Position numbers and translations under genes: made by a program. Of a DNA stretch of 64,000 bases, positions 10,733-22,220 are shown piece after piece. How positions within the stretch are numbered: position 1 is the first letter of the stretch; each line of letters begins with the position of its first letter. Below the pieces are notes generated by a model that was given only the letters and a program-made list of their open reading frames with translations, had not been told where the DNA came from and ran no database searches. Origin of the DNA: Squalus acanthias (Eukaryota); the NCBI GenBank assembly GCA_030390025.1, contig JASTWF010000180.1, forward strand, positions 682,001 to 746,000, given 5' to 3'.

Positions 10733-11695
10733 TTGACTTGAATATAGGGGGTATGATTAAGAAGTTTGCAGATGATACTAAAATTGGCTGTGTGGTTGAT
10801 AATGAAGAAGAAAGCTGTAGACTGCAGGACGATATCAATGGACTGGTCAGGCGGGCAGAACAGTGGCAAATGGAATTCAATCCGGAGAAGTGTGAGGTAC
10901 TGCATTTGGGGAGGGCTAACAAGGCAAGGGAATACAGTATAAATGGTAAAACACTGAGAAGTGTAGAGGAACAAAGGGACCTTGGAGTGCATGTCCACAG
11001 ATCCCTGAAGGTAGCAGGACAGGTAAATAAGGTGGTTAAGAAGGCATACGGGATACTTGCCTTTATTAGTCGTGGCATAGAATATAAGAGCAGGGAGGTT
11101 ATGCTTCAACTGTATAAAACACTAGTTAGGCCACAGCTAGAATACTGTGTGCAGTTCTGGTCACCACATTACAGGAAAGATGTGATTGCACTAGAGAGGG
11201 TACAGAGGAGATTTACAAGGATGTTGCCAGGAGTAGAGAATTTTAGCTATGAGGAAAGATTTGATAGGATGTGGTTGTTTTCTTAGGAACAGAGGAGGCT
11301 GAGGGGAGACCTTACTGAGGTGTATAAAATTATGAGGGACCTAGAGAGAGTGGATAGGAAGGACCTATTTCCCTTAGCAGAGAGGTTAATAACCAGGGGG
11401 CAAAGATTTTAAATAATTGGCAGAAGGATTAGAGGGGATTGAGGAGAAATCTTTTCACCCAGAGGGTGGTGGGGGTCTGGAACTCACTGCCTGAAAGGGT
11501 GATAGAGGCAGAAACCCTCATCACATTTAAAAAGTACTTGGATATGCACTTGAAGTGCCGCAACCTACAGGGCTACGGACCAAGTGCTGGAAAGTGGGAT
11601 TAGGCTGGAGAGCTCTTTGTCGACCGGCGCGGACACGATGGGCCGAAATGGCCTCCTTCCGTGCTGTAAATTTCTATGATTCTATGATTCTATGA
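10733..11695 (+). mobile_element. 5'-truncated CR1 LINE (RT C-terminal half + 3' UTR)
   Basis: KFADDTK RT motif, WQMEFNPEKC, LYKTLVRPQLEYCVQFWSP; terminal (TTCTATGA)n; in-frame stop. Confidence 0.93.
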
Positions 11696-12012
11696 ATTGG
11701 AGCACTATACTCGTCATTCTAAATTCGATTTTTATTGACTATGCCAAAACAGCGACAGGAACTTCAGAAAATTCGCTATTAGCGAAGTAAAAACCCGCCA
11801 CTGCCACGAACACTGCAACTCAACCTGAAAAGTTGGATGGTTGTGTGGCGGGAGGGGGTTGATGGACAAGGCGAAGGCTTCGCATGTTTATCTTTTCTCT
11901 CTAAGTGCTGCGGAAAGAATCAAAATTAAGCCCCACTACGGAACAGAAACAGCTTTCAGATCTTTGCTTCCGCCTGTATGCAATAGTTTTTGTGAAGGGG
12001 TTAAAGGCCGTG

Positions 12013-12081
12013 TGAACTATGGAGCAGGAGGCATCAGCAAGCTGATACTTGGAAGTGGAACCAAGTTAACTGTGGAACCCA
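12013..12081 (+). CDS. TRAJ: TCR alpha J segment J12 (non-canonical LGSG)
   Basis: AGTTTTTGT(11985)-12-GGCCGTG; NYGAGGISKLILGSGTKLTVEP; GTGAGT. Confidence 0.85.
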
Positions 12082-12236
12082 GTGAGTTTTCTAGCTATGG
12101 ATTCTGACTATTTCCATTGTGAAATAAGTTAATTGTCCCGATGTAATACCTTTATGGAGTATGTTGAACATTGGAGTACAACTATGGTGTCCGTAGTTGG
12201 AATAGTTTGTAGATGTCCGGAGGATAGATAGAGGAG

Positions 12237-12347
12237 TCATAGAGTAATAATGGCACAGAAGGAGGCCATTCTGCCCATCGAGTCCGTGCCGGCTCTCTGT
12301 AGAGCAATCCAGTCAGTCCCATTCCCCCGCTCTATCCCCGTAGCCCT
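12237..12347 (-). mobile_element. CR1-type 3' UTR fragment
   Basis: Reverse complement of GGGCAGAATGGCCTCCTTCTGTGCC tail. Confidence 0.7.
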
Positions 12348-12630
12348 TTCCGATGTATAGAGGGGGGAATAAAACAACTTTGCTCGGTTTCGCATGAAAC
12401 TGTTTGATCCTGACCCCGAATAACAAAAGTGGAAGAAAAGGATAACCCGAATTTTCGGGAGCAGAAAGCGAATCAATTAATCAATATAAATATCTAAGTG
12501 TAACATTTTAGGTTTTTTTTTCCAAATGAAGTAGATTAATTGTGTGATTGTGAACTTGGAGACGACAATTGCTAGGCGTGTGCTAATGCAGTCGGGGGCT
12601 GAGGTTTTTGTTAGGGAGAGCAACGCTGTG

Positions 12631-12692
12631 GGCAACTTCAGGCGTTACTAAGCTAACCTTTGGGAAAGGAACGAAACTTACAGTGGAGCCAA
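12631..12692 (+). CDS. TRAJ: TCR alpha J segment J13
   Basis: GGTTTTTGT(12603)-12-CGCTGTG; ATSGVTKLTFGKGTKLTVEP; GTGAGT. Confidence 0.92.
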
Positions 12693-13134
12693 GTGAGTAT
12701 CCGAACGTATTATGTATTTAATAATGGGACGAATATTGGCTGAAATCGCTTGAGGCTTGCATTACATATTTGATAGTGGGAATAGTTGCTTCTGCAGTTC
12801 CAACCATCCCTGTACATCTTTAACATTGCAGGAAATACACATAAACTTACAAAACACTAGCAAGAGATGGGAGTAAGTCAGTTTTATATTCTTTTGCATC
12901 CCTATCACGAAAGAATGGTGGAGAGAGAGAAAAAACATGAGATAATAGACAAGACCGATACAAAACTGAACAGTCATATAGGATGACGATTGTCATTAAT
13001 ACGAAATGTGAACAAGTTAAAGTGTTTTTTTTTCTAAAGCAAATATTCAATGGGCTTATTATCTTATTACAATAACACGGAAATGGCAGCTTATCATAAA
13101 TGAGGAGGTTTTTGTCATGAGACTGAATGCTGTG

Positions 13135-13197
13135 TGACAGATGCAACGGGATTCAAGCTGATATTTGGACTTGGGACCAGACTTACTGTTGAACCGA
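13135..13197 (+). CDS. TRAJ: TCR alpha J segment J14
   Basis: GGTTTTTGT(13107)-12-TGCTGTG; TDATGFKLIFGLGTRLTVEP; GTAAGT. Confidence 0.92.
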
Positions 13198-13785
13198 GTA
13201 AGTGCATTGCCCAGAATCATGATCTATCTGTCTTTGGCAACGACATTGGGAGAAATTGTAGCCCTTACATTCTCTTTCCATTGTAAGTGCTATATAATAT
13301 TCCACTTAGTGGAGTCAGTTTGGTCCCGGTAGAATATAGACAACGGCATTGTGCAGAGGGTTGGTCAATTAAAAATGTACAGAAAAGAGTTATTTCTAGG
13401 CATAGCTTGCAAGTTAATAACTGCTGACAGGATCAGGTTGAATTAGGTGCCCGGGTTAACTGCAGAAGAGTTTGGGGTGAGATTAGACCTCGGCGGAGAC
13501 GCGAAAGAGGCGGCATCGCTTTTGCCGCACATTATACGACACGCCCGATATTCAGTGCTATTGAAGTCGGTAACTTCATACCAGACGGGGCATTTATCGG
13601 TGTGATAACTTCGCAGTCTATATCCGATTTGCACTCCCCCCCCCCCCCCCCCTATAAGTCCAAAAGATAGAATTATTATCTAAGTGTGACAAAGCCTTTT
13701 CAAAGTCTGGATGGGCAGCACCAGTGATAAGGTCCCAGATCCGCATGGACCGATGGTATTTTTTGCAATGGCGTGTAACGCTGTG

Positions 13786-13851
13786 TGACATCTGGTGGTG
13801 GAGCTAACAAGCTAACATTTGGAAGTGGCACCAAGTTACTCGTGGAACCCA
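13786..13851 (+). CDS. TRAJ: TCR alpha J segment J15
   Basis: ATTTTTTGC(13758)-12-CGCTGTG; TSGGGANKLTFGSGTKLLVEP; GTGAGT. Confidence 0.9.
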
Positions 13852-14315
13852 GTGAGTACTGAAATGTCCATTGAGTATATAATATCTGATTAGGTACAGT
13901 AAACCAGGTTTTGAAACATCGCAGCGTGTGTACATCCCAGTTGAAACATTGTCTGGATCTCTGGAGAATCCAACTGGTTGTCGAGATCGATGGAAGCCAG
14001 GAAAAGGTGTGTTCAACCCTTTGCTTCCATCGATCTCTACAAGCAGTTACTGAAGGAGTCAATGGTTGGACACTGTCCAGTTTCCACTGTGCCTTTTATC
14101 AGAACCTGTATTTATAGAACACCTTTAATGCAGGTCAAGGCAAAATAATACGAAAGTCTGCAGTGTATTTCTGTGATAGTATAATAAAGCAACGCCAACA
14201 ATTAATCTTCAAAGACTTCTAGTTAAAACACCGATGCTCGGAAATAAAGTAATAACTCATATGGACAATATATTATTCTGCTCTCCCTGACTGCAGAATT
14301 CACAGTAGAATAAAC

Positions 14316-14937
14316 ACAACAACAACAACTTGTATTTATATAGCGCCTTTAACGTAGTAAAACGTCCCAAGGCGCTTCACAGGATTATTTTAAGACAAAA
14401 AAAATTGACACTGATCCACATAAGGATAAATTAGGCCAGGTGACCAAAAGCTTGGTCAAAGGTCGACTAGGCCTGTATTCACTAGAGTTTAGAAGAATGA
14501 GAGGGGACCTCATTGAAACGTATAAAATTCTGACAGGGTTAGACAGACTGGATGCAGGGAGGATGTTTCCCCTGTCTGGAACGAGGGGTCACAGTCTCAG
14601 GATACGGGGTAGGACATTTTGGACTGAGATGAGGAGAAATTTCTTCACTCAGAGGGTGGTGAACCTGTGGAATTCTCTACCACAGAAGGCTGAATATATT
14701 TAAGAAGGAGACAGATAGATTTCTAGACACAAGGGGCATCAAGGGGTATGGGGAGAGAGCGGGAATGTGGTATTGAGATAGAGGATCAGCCATGATCATA
14801 TTGAATGGCGGAGCAGGCTCGAAGGGCCGAATGGCCGACTCCTGCTCGTATTTTTCTATGTTCTGAAGAGGTAAGTTTTAAGGAGCGTCTTAAAGGAGGA
14901 AAGAGAGATAGCGAGGCGGAGAGGTTTAGGCAGGGAA
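14316..14937 (-). mobile_element. L2-like 3' end split by a CR1 insertion
   Basis: (CAA)n-CTTGTATTTATATAGCGCC tail; resumes at ~14865 after the CR1 piece. Confidence 0.75.
14461..14862 (+). mobile_element. CR1 LINE 3' fragment
   Basis: RLGLYSLEFRRMRGDLIETYKIL..RRNFFTQRVVNLWNSLP. Confidence 0.88.
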
Positions 14938-14999
14938 TGGGTGTGAAGAATAAGTGTGTCCAACGAGGGTGAGTTTTTGTTAGGATGTTTATTGGTGTG

Positions 15000-15062
15000 T
15001 GAATACTGGAGGAGCTCAGAAGCTCACTTTTGGAACTGGAACTAAACTCGTTGTGATACCGA
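15000..15062 (+). CDS. TRAJ: TCR alpha J segment J16
   Basis: AGTTTTTGT(14972)-12-TGGTGTG; NTGGAQKLTFGTGTKLVVIP; GTGAGT. Confidence 0.9.
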
Positions 15063-16281
15063 GTGAGTACCAACAAAGTGCATTGAAGTGTCTGCAATGC
15101 CATTTAATGTTTTATTACAAGATTCTGAGTTAAGGCAATATTATTGATCGGAAACTGTTGTGTGGTTTGTGATAACTTTTCAGAGTGGGTTCATTCATCT
15201 AACAAAAAGGAAAACATGAATTTATAAACCTGGGGTGGGTTTTCTCTTAGAATCACGATTCAGCTAAATAAATTGACATTTAGAAGGACTACAGGCTGGA
15301 TTTGCAGTGAGTCGTTAACCTGTACCAAACAGAGTTGAAGTCAGGTTAATCTTAATACTGTATGCCCTCTAAAAGATACAAAGTTAAGAAAAGAATGCAA
15401 TGCAATTAGATTTTTTTAAATTGAATGATTAGCATGCACGATTACCTGCCACGGGTGATAATGAGACGAATATCCTTTGAAAATGGAGCTTCTGAGGTAG
15501 ATTTGATATACTGATTGGCACTGCAACATGTGTAAACCTTGTTATTTTCTAAGGCTGACAACATGTCGCCATGTATTCCTGTGGTTAGCTGTTCATAAAC
15601 ACAAGCTTATGCATGCGTATTGTGGAGTGATTATATTTGTTAAAAATAAATATGGTGTGAGCGTTAGAATAGGAATCAGAAAGGTCGGATAAGGAATAAG
15701 AACTAAATTAACAGTAGAAATATTGTTCAACAACGTATCATTATTGAAATCTTGGCGTTTTCTGCCAGCAACATGTATCTGAAAGATTTGTTTTTTAAGT
15801 CTACAATCTCCAACAACTCGTAATACTGAGAGAGGGTTTGTATTAAATTATTGTCTTGTATTTTATATGAAGTGTAATATCATGAACCTAGACTTGGGGG
15901 AAATAAACAGTAGTTATGGCCAATCAACACTGAAATCGATATTTTACTAGGATTCGAGCTTCCAATCACTACTGATACAATGTCACAGCATCCTAACTTA
16001 ACATTATAATATTTTTCCAGGACATCACTCTTTTTGATTATTTTTTGACCTCTGCAAATATTTTGACAACATCTTAACAATCTAGTGTGCTTGTTCCCCG
16101 TATAATTGTGTACTCAAAGATATTGCATAATTCGAATGGCATTATATTAGAATATGAGGGAGAAATAGTGTGTAATTTAAAAGTAACAGCACGCGATGGG
16201 TGTAGAAAAGACGATACATTGTGGTTCAACAGGTGATGCAGTTGAGTACAACAGGTTTTTGTTAAGGCATATCCCACTGTG

Positions 16282-16346
16282 CGATTATGGAGGAGGGCTG
16301 GAAAAGCTAACATTTGGAAAAGGAACCAGTCTATTTGTAGAACCCA
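16282..16346 (+). CDS. TRAJ: TCR alpha J segment J17
   Basis: GGTTTTTGT(16254)-12-CACTGTG; DYGGGLEKLTFGKGTSLFVEP; GTAAGT. Confidence 0.92.
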
Positions 16347-16403
16347 GTAAGTGTGTTGCCGTTTGTTAAATTAACAAATAAGATAGCGTCACTATAAAAC
16401 AAT

Positions 16404-16778
16404 GAACATAGGAACATAGGAACGGGAGGAGGTCATTTAGACCCTCGAGCCTGTTCCGCCATTCATTGAGATTATGGCTGATCTGTGACCAAACTCCATA
16501 TACCCGCCTTTGCCCCATTTCCCTGAATACCTTTGGTTAACAAAGATATATCAATTTCAGATTTACAATTATCAATTGACCCAGCATGAACTGCTGTTCG
16601 AGGAAGAGAGTTCCAAACTTCTACAACCCTTTGCGTGTAGAAGTGTTTCCGAACTTCACTCTTGAAACGCCTGGCTCTAACTTTTAGACTATGTCCCCTA
16701 GTTTAGATTCCCCAACCAGCGAAAATAGTTTCTCTCTATCTGCCCGATCAGTTCCCCTTAATATCTTGAAATCTTCGA
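16404..16778 (-). mobile_element. CR1 LINE 3' fragment
   Basis: (GAACATAG)n tail, CCCTCGAGCCTGTTCCGCCATTCA.., ORF2-end homology. Confidence 0.75.
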
Positions 16779-16844
16779 TGCTTACTGTTTTGTTGTGTTT
16801 ACATGATATATTGTTACTTGAGGTGAATTGTCAAGTTGTGCATA

Positions 16845-17170
16845 TAGAGTTGCATAGGATTACATAGGATATACGGCACAGAAACAGGCCATTCGACCCA
16901 ACCAGTCCATGCCGGCGTTTATGCTTCACTCGAGCCTCCTCCCGTCTTTCCTCATCTAAATCTATCAGCATAACCCTCTATTCCCTTCTCCCTCATAAGC
17001 TTGTCTAGCCTCCCCTTAAATGTATCTCTACTATTCGCTTCAACCACTCCCTGTGGTAGCGAGTTCCACATTCTCACCACTCTCTGGGTAAAGAAGTTTC
17101 TTCTGAATTCCCATTGGGTTTCTTGGTGATTATCTTATAATAATGACCTCTAGTTTTGCTCTTCCCACAA
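16845..17170 (-). mobile_element. CR1 LINE 3' fragment
   Basis: Near-identical to 3610-3925. Confidence 0.85.
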
Positions 17171-17479
17171 TTGGGCAAGTTATTAGGGGAATAATGTGGC
17201 CTTTCGCCAACGGCTGGGTTGATAAGTGCAGACCAATAACAATGGTTTGGAATAATGTTGCAAACTTTAAAAAATGTCTATATTGCGGGTTTTAAGGAGG
17301 ACGCTAGCACTTTTGAGGACAGGAATAGGTTGGGGGATAATACATAGAATTAAGTCACTTGAATCGTTTTGTCTTGAAATTGTTGCGGACGATAAAAGTG
17401 TCTAGTTATCAACGGCAGAAACGTCCTCCCGACATCAAAATAGCAGGAAGGGGTTTTTGTACCGGTGATTGGTACTGTG

Positions 17480-17545
17480 TGAATGCTGGAGGAGGAATCG
17501 GGAAGCTAACATTTGGACCAGGAACCAAGTTAATCGTGGCACCCA
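17480..17545 (+). CDS. TRAJ: TCR alpha J segment J18
   Basis: GGTTTTTGT(17452)-12-TACTGTG; NAGGGIGKLTFGPGTKLIVAP; GTAAGT. Confidence 0.93.
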
Positions 17546-17969
17546 GTAAGTCTTTGAAATCGCAATTCATCAATATTCTTGACCTGGTGTCGAATTTGCT
17601 GATCTTGTTGCAAGCATGTCAGAAACTTCAAGTAAAACGAAGCAAGACATAACTGTATATTTACTGAAATAATTTATAAAACATAAAGCATAAGTAAATA
17701 GGTTTGTTGAAGTATAAAGTGCGTTCTGGAGAGGAAGTGACTTTTGCAGTAGACATTGCTGGCGACCCTATCCCCAGAAATGGAGATAGAGGAGCCGAGG
17801 AAGAGAAGGAATGAGTTGGAGATGGACGGTGCGAAGGTACGGGAGGGATGGAAGTTGGAAGCAAAGTTGATGAAATTTTGCCGATTTATTTGGACAGCAA
17901 AAGATACTAACTGAGTAACTATCTAAAGAGTTGACTAGAAAGGTTTTTGTGCAGGCGTTAGGCGTTGTG

Positions 17970-18032
17970 TGAATGCAGGTGGAGTAACTCCACTGATATT
18001 TGGAAATGGGACCAGACTGACTGTAGCACCCA
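17970..18032 (+). CDS. TRAJ: TCR alpha J segment J19
   Basis: GGTTTTTGT(17942)-12-CGTTGTG; NAGGVTPLIFGNGTRLTVAP; GTAAGT. Confidence 0.9.
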
Positions 18033-18129
18033 GTAAGTAAGATAGCGTATTGTTGAATACAATCAACAGTAACAATCAATTGTTCAAGTGGTACTTACAG
18101 GTGCACGGTTTAATAAAATATTGTTAACT

Positions 18130-18797
18130 TCGGCAATTAGGAAAGCAAATGGTATGTTGGCCTTTATTACAAGAGGATTTGAGTATATGAGTAAAGATGT
18201 CTTACTGCAATTATATAGGGCCCTGATGAGACCACACAAATAGAGTATTGTGTACAGTTTTGGTCTCCTTACCTAAGGAAGGATATACTTGCCGCAGAGG
18301 GAGTGCAACGAAGGTTCACCAGACTGGTTCCTGGGATGGGGGGATTGTCCTATGAGGAGAGATTGAGTAGACTAGGCCTATATTCTCTAGAGTTTAGAAG
18401 AGTGAGAGGTGATCTCATTGAAACATACAAAATTCTTACAGGGCTTGACAGGGTAGATGCAGGGAGGATGTTTCCCCTGACTGGGGAGTCTAGAACACGG
18501 GGTCACAGTCTCAGAATAAGGGGTCGGCCATTTAGGACTGAGATGAGGAGAAATTTCTTCACTCAAAGGGTGGTGAATCTTTGGAATTCTCTGCCCCAGA
18601 GGGCTGTGGAGACTCAGTCGTTGAATATATTCAAGACAGAGATCGATAGATTTTTGGATATTAAGGGAATCAAGGGATATGGGGACAGTGCAGGAAAGTG
18701 GAGTTGAGGTAGAAGATCAGCCATGATCTTATTGAATGGTGGAGCAGGCTCGATGGGGCCAAATGGCCGACTCCTGCTCCTATTTCTTAGGTTCTTA
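18130..18797 (+). mobile_element. 5'-truncated CR1 LINE
   Basis: QRRFTRLVPGMGGLSYEERLSRLGLYSLE..WNSLPQ plus 3' UTR. Confidence 0.9.
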
Positions 18798-18814
18798 ACT
18801 TATTTTAATAGATT

Positions 18815-19065
18815 CTCATTAAATAAGGTAGATTTACTTGAGCTGTTCCAAATTATGAAGGGGTTTGACAGAGTAAATAAGGAGAAACTGTTTCAATTGA
18901 CAGGAGAGTCGGTAACCAGAGGATTTAAGATAATTGGCAAAAAAAGCAGAGGGGATAATGAGGAGAAATTATTTTTATGCAGCGAGTTGTTATGATCTGA
19001 ATGCACTACCTGAAAGGGTGGTGAAAGCAGATTCAACAATAACATTCAAAAGGGATTTGGAAATA
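18815..19065 (+). mobile_element. Older CR1 fragment
   Basis: DLLELFQIMKGFDRVNKEKLF..TRG.. degenerate. Confidence 0.7.
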
Positions 19066-19694
19066 AATAGAAACACCATTGATTCAATATTGGTGTTAAC
19101 TTTTGTGCATTTAAATAAAAGGTACATCAATATACCAATTTATGTAATATTATTTCTCTGTACGGTGAAAATAGCTCTCAAACAAAGGTTGCTACAGCGT
19201 TACTGCGGACAATGTGTATAGTGAAGTATCGAGGATAAATCAGAAGGAAATCAAGCAATTGGAGTTATTCTAACATCACTGTTTAAATATTGCATCTCTT
19301 ATTATAACTGATTGTTGAAATGTCGTCAAAAGTGGACCACATTAGGTTAAAGGGCAGGTTTTCTTTAATGAGCTTCGGATACCCAAACGCAATCACCTGA
19401 GCTAGCGTTTGAAAGTAAGCCTGTTCCGTGTTGTTCATTAATGCTAAATCACGCTAACTCGTCAGTTGTTAGTTATGTATAGCGAGGTTTTGTAAAAAAT
19501 GATTGTAACATCGAAAACTATCAGTATGATCCCTTCAGTTAATAATGTGATCGAGGTTCCCATCACTATCATGGAGACAACTCAATGGAAATCGGCTATT
19601 TTTTCGTATCTGCACGCTATGCCTAATAGTGTGCATCGTGATGACACATCACTTGATAGCAAGAGGGGTTTTTGTGAATCAAGTTGTCACTGTG

Positions 19695-19757
19695 GGAAGG
19701 ATGGAAGTGGTTATAAGCTCATATTCGGGACCGGGACCAAACTCACTGTAATTCCAA
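19695..19757 (+). CDS. TRAJ: TCR alpha J segment J20
   Basis: GGTTTTTGT(19667)-12-CACTGTG; KDGSGYKLIFGTGTKLTVIP; GTGAGT. Confidence 0.93.
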
Positions 19758-20331
19758 GTGAGTATGGAACTGTTTATATTTGGAGTAAGTGGTGCTTACA
19801 AGAGATGTATAAATTTACACCGACCAGCGAAATTTGGAAGTGCAAATGGGAATGGTTAGAAACTACATTAAACAACATAGATACAATCGTTTTAACATTG
19901 TAAAAGGTCGATTAAGAAGCAAAAAGGGGTACCATTGAGAAATGTAACTAAAATGTTATGTCACAGCATTGACCATATGTCTGGCCAATATCATTAACTG
20001 GCATATGGGATAGTATTGAACATGAGGAGTTCATCAATCTATTCTTTACTCAATTGTAGCAAAATTAGTTAAAGATGAACTGTGCTGGGTTCTGTTAGGA
20101 TTGAAAGTGTTATGGTGTAGATGAGAGAACGCAGTCTTCATATAATATGTGAAGTTAGCTCAGGTTAAATTCGGCAGTAGAAAAGGAGATTTCAACTGAG
20201 CCCATAGTGTTAGACTGGAATGTTTTGCAACCAGAACATATTCTCAGATCACCTAAAATTAGAAGTCGTAGCAGGGTATGCCGCCAAATGGGACTGCAGC
20301 CAGGGTTTGTGTTATGAAATATGTTAGCGTG

Positions 20332-20394
20332 TGAGTTATAGCAGCGGTAGCGAACTGATTTTTGGAAATGGGACGAAATTAACTGTGGAACCAA
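20332..20394 (+). CDS. TRAJ: TCR alpha J segment J21
   Basis: GGTTTGTGT(20304)-12-TAGCGTG (weak); SYSSGSELIFGNGTKLTVEP; GTAAGT. Confidence 0.85.
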
Positions 20395-20880
20395 GTAAGT
20401 GTTGTAAATGGTCATTCATTATTCATATAACTGGACGTAAACCCGGGGATAACATTTACTGAGACTTCTGAGAATTTTGCATAGGTTAAGATGTTGCACC
20501 CGATAATGAACAAAGGGGAAAACGTTACATCCATTCCCTTTACTGTGTGTGGCTAATGATTAACTGAAAGAAAGCAAACATTGAATATTGGCAACAGCTA
20601 ATTATAATGAAGTGAATTTGCAGTTGGCATCTTCAATTTTCGTGCGAAGGAGTCCATTGTTTTGAAAGTGATAAGGTCGCATTTCGTAATGGGACAAAAC
20701 ATAGATAAGAGCTAACTGGCACTGCACTTTGCGAATTTAAATCAGTTTCTATATTGGATGATTTCTGGATAGGATGTTGCGATGAACTAAGGCAACAATG
20801 GCACCCAAACTTTCAATTATATTCCTCCCCATCCCTTTCACGGTAGAAATGTAGTTTTTGTCAATCTGGTTGTCACTGTG

Positions 20881-20942
20881 GGAGGATGCTAGTAGTTACA
20901 AACTCATATTCGGATCTGGCACCAAACTTGCTGTACAACCAA
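20881..20942 (+). CDS. TRAJ: TCR alpha J segment J22
   Basis: AGTTTTTGT(20853)-12-CACTGTG; EDASSYKLIFGSGTKLAVQP; GTAGGT. Confidence 0.92.
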
Positions 20943-21210
20943 GTAGGTATAAGACTGTTTATCTCGACCATTAGATCGAGGTGCAGAATCTTTAAGTTCG
21001 CAGTCGTGAGATATATTGTGGTTATATAACGATAGGCCAGGTGAAATATAGGACGAGAATTCGAAAGTAATGCTGCAATTGATCAATAAAATCTCATTAA
21101 TAGTGCTCTGCTGCCAGATTTTGTATCTGGATGCTACGGTGAGTTGTATTGGGTTAGGTATTTCAGCCAGAATGAACTGAAGGCTTTGTGTTGTGGAGTA
21201 TGGCACTGTG

Positions 21211-21273
21211 TGGGTTATACTGGCGACAGCAAACTTACTTTTGGAAGCGGAACAAAGTTAACTGTGGAACCTA
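21211..21273 (+). CDS. TRAJ: TCR alpha J segment J23
   Basis: GCTTTGTGT(21183)-12-CACTGTG; GYTGDSKLTFGSGTKLTVEP; GTAAGT. Confidence 0.9.
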
Positions 21274-21863
21274 GTAAGTATCACAAGCTGTATTAAGTTA
21301 AATATGTTACGGCCTATAACCTTAGGATGATCTTAAATCTGGTTAATGAAAAGAATTGACGATTATTGAGTAATTTGGATCATTTGGGCAAACAACTGAT
21401 TGGGTCTGAGCAAGGACTAACCAAAACAAAGCAAGTAATATCGACAAACAGAGTTATACTGTCGTGAAGTTCGGACTCCTTGCTTGAGTTTTCCTGAAGG
21501 AATCCGTGCTATGTAAAAGCTGATGTCTGAAAGAGGGACTAAACTCATAGTGACGTTGAGTAAGCGTAAATATTTACATATTTAACTAACTTCTACAATT
21601 CGAAGATTTCTGAGCATTTTATATTTTCAGGGAACAGGGTATGTTCATGTCAGGGATTAAAGATGGCCGTTGAACTCGGGTCCGAAGCTATTAATGTTGT
21701 TTTAAACGCAGTTTTCTCATGAAACGCCACTTTGAATTAATCTGATTTGCTGTCAGTTAGCCCAGTAACTTGTACTGATTTAGTGCAGTGCAGATTTTTA
21801 AGAAATAACAAATGATGCGATGTCTGGCTGGGGCAGGTTTTAGTATTAGCATATCAGGCTGTG

Positions 21864-21920
21864 TGAACTTTGCTGAGAAGGTGATCTTTGGACCTGGGAC
21901 CAGGCTCCAAGTTATACCAA
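21864..21920 (+). CDS. TRAJ: TCR alpha J segment J24 (family C)
   Basis: GGTTTTAGT(21836)-12-GGCTGTG; NFAEKVIFGPGTRLQVIP; GTAAGT. Confidence 0.9.
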
Positions 21921-22160
21921 GTAAGTGGGATGTTTCAGGGTGTGCGTTTTATGTGTTAGACCAGAGAAGAGAGGCATGGCATGGAATGACGTGAAATATG
22001 AATCAAATCCTGTTTCAGGTGATTTGGCTCATGATTACGTACTTTGGAACTGACCTCCTTCAAAAATGCGAAAGATATGGCGATAATTTGCATCGAGAAT
22101 GTGTGAGGGAGATGGATCATTGTTCAGGAAGGGATTTTTGTTGCGGGGTGTAACGGTGTG

Positions 22161-22220
22161 TGAATACTAACACCGGCACGCTGATATTTGGAGCTGGGAC
22201 AAAGCTCAGAGTACAACCCA
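22161..22220 (+). CDS. TRAJ: TCR alpha J segment J25 (family D)
   Basis: GATTTTTGT(22133)-12-CGGTGTG; NTNTGTLIFGAGTKLRVQP; GTAAGT. Confidence 0.9.

Noticed and set aside
10738-11286. 182-aa ORF as a host reverse transcriptase gene
   Set aside because: It is a 5'-truncated CR1 ORF2 with a premature stop and a typical LINE tail. The same applies to 5110-5637 and 18303-18707.
13636-13652. C17 homopolymer as a G-quadruplex regulatory element
   Set aside because: A simple homopolymer whose length is unreliable; no other support.
15833-15925. Possible decayed J (GGTTTGTAT...CTTGGGGGAAATAAAC)
   Set aside because: No heptamer, no FGxGT and no donor; it cannot be supported.
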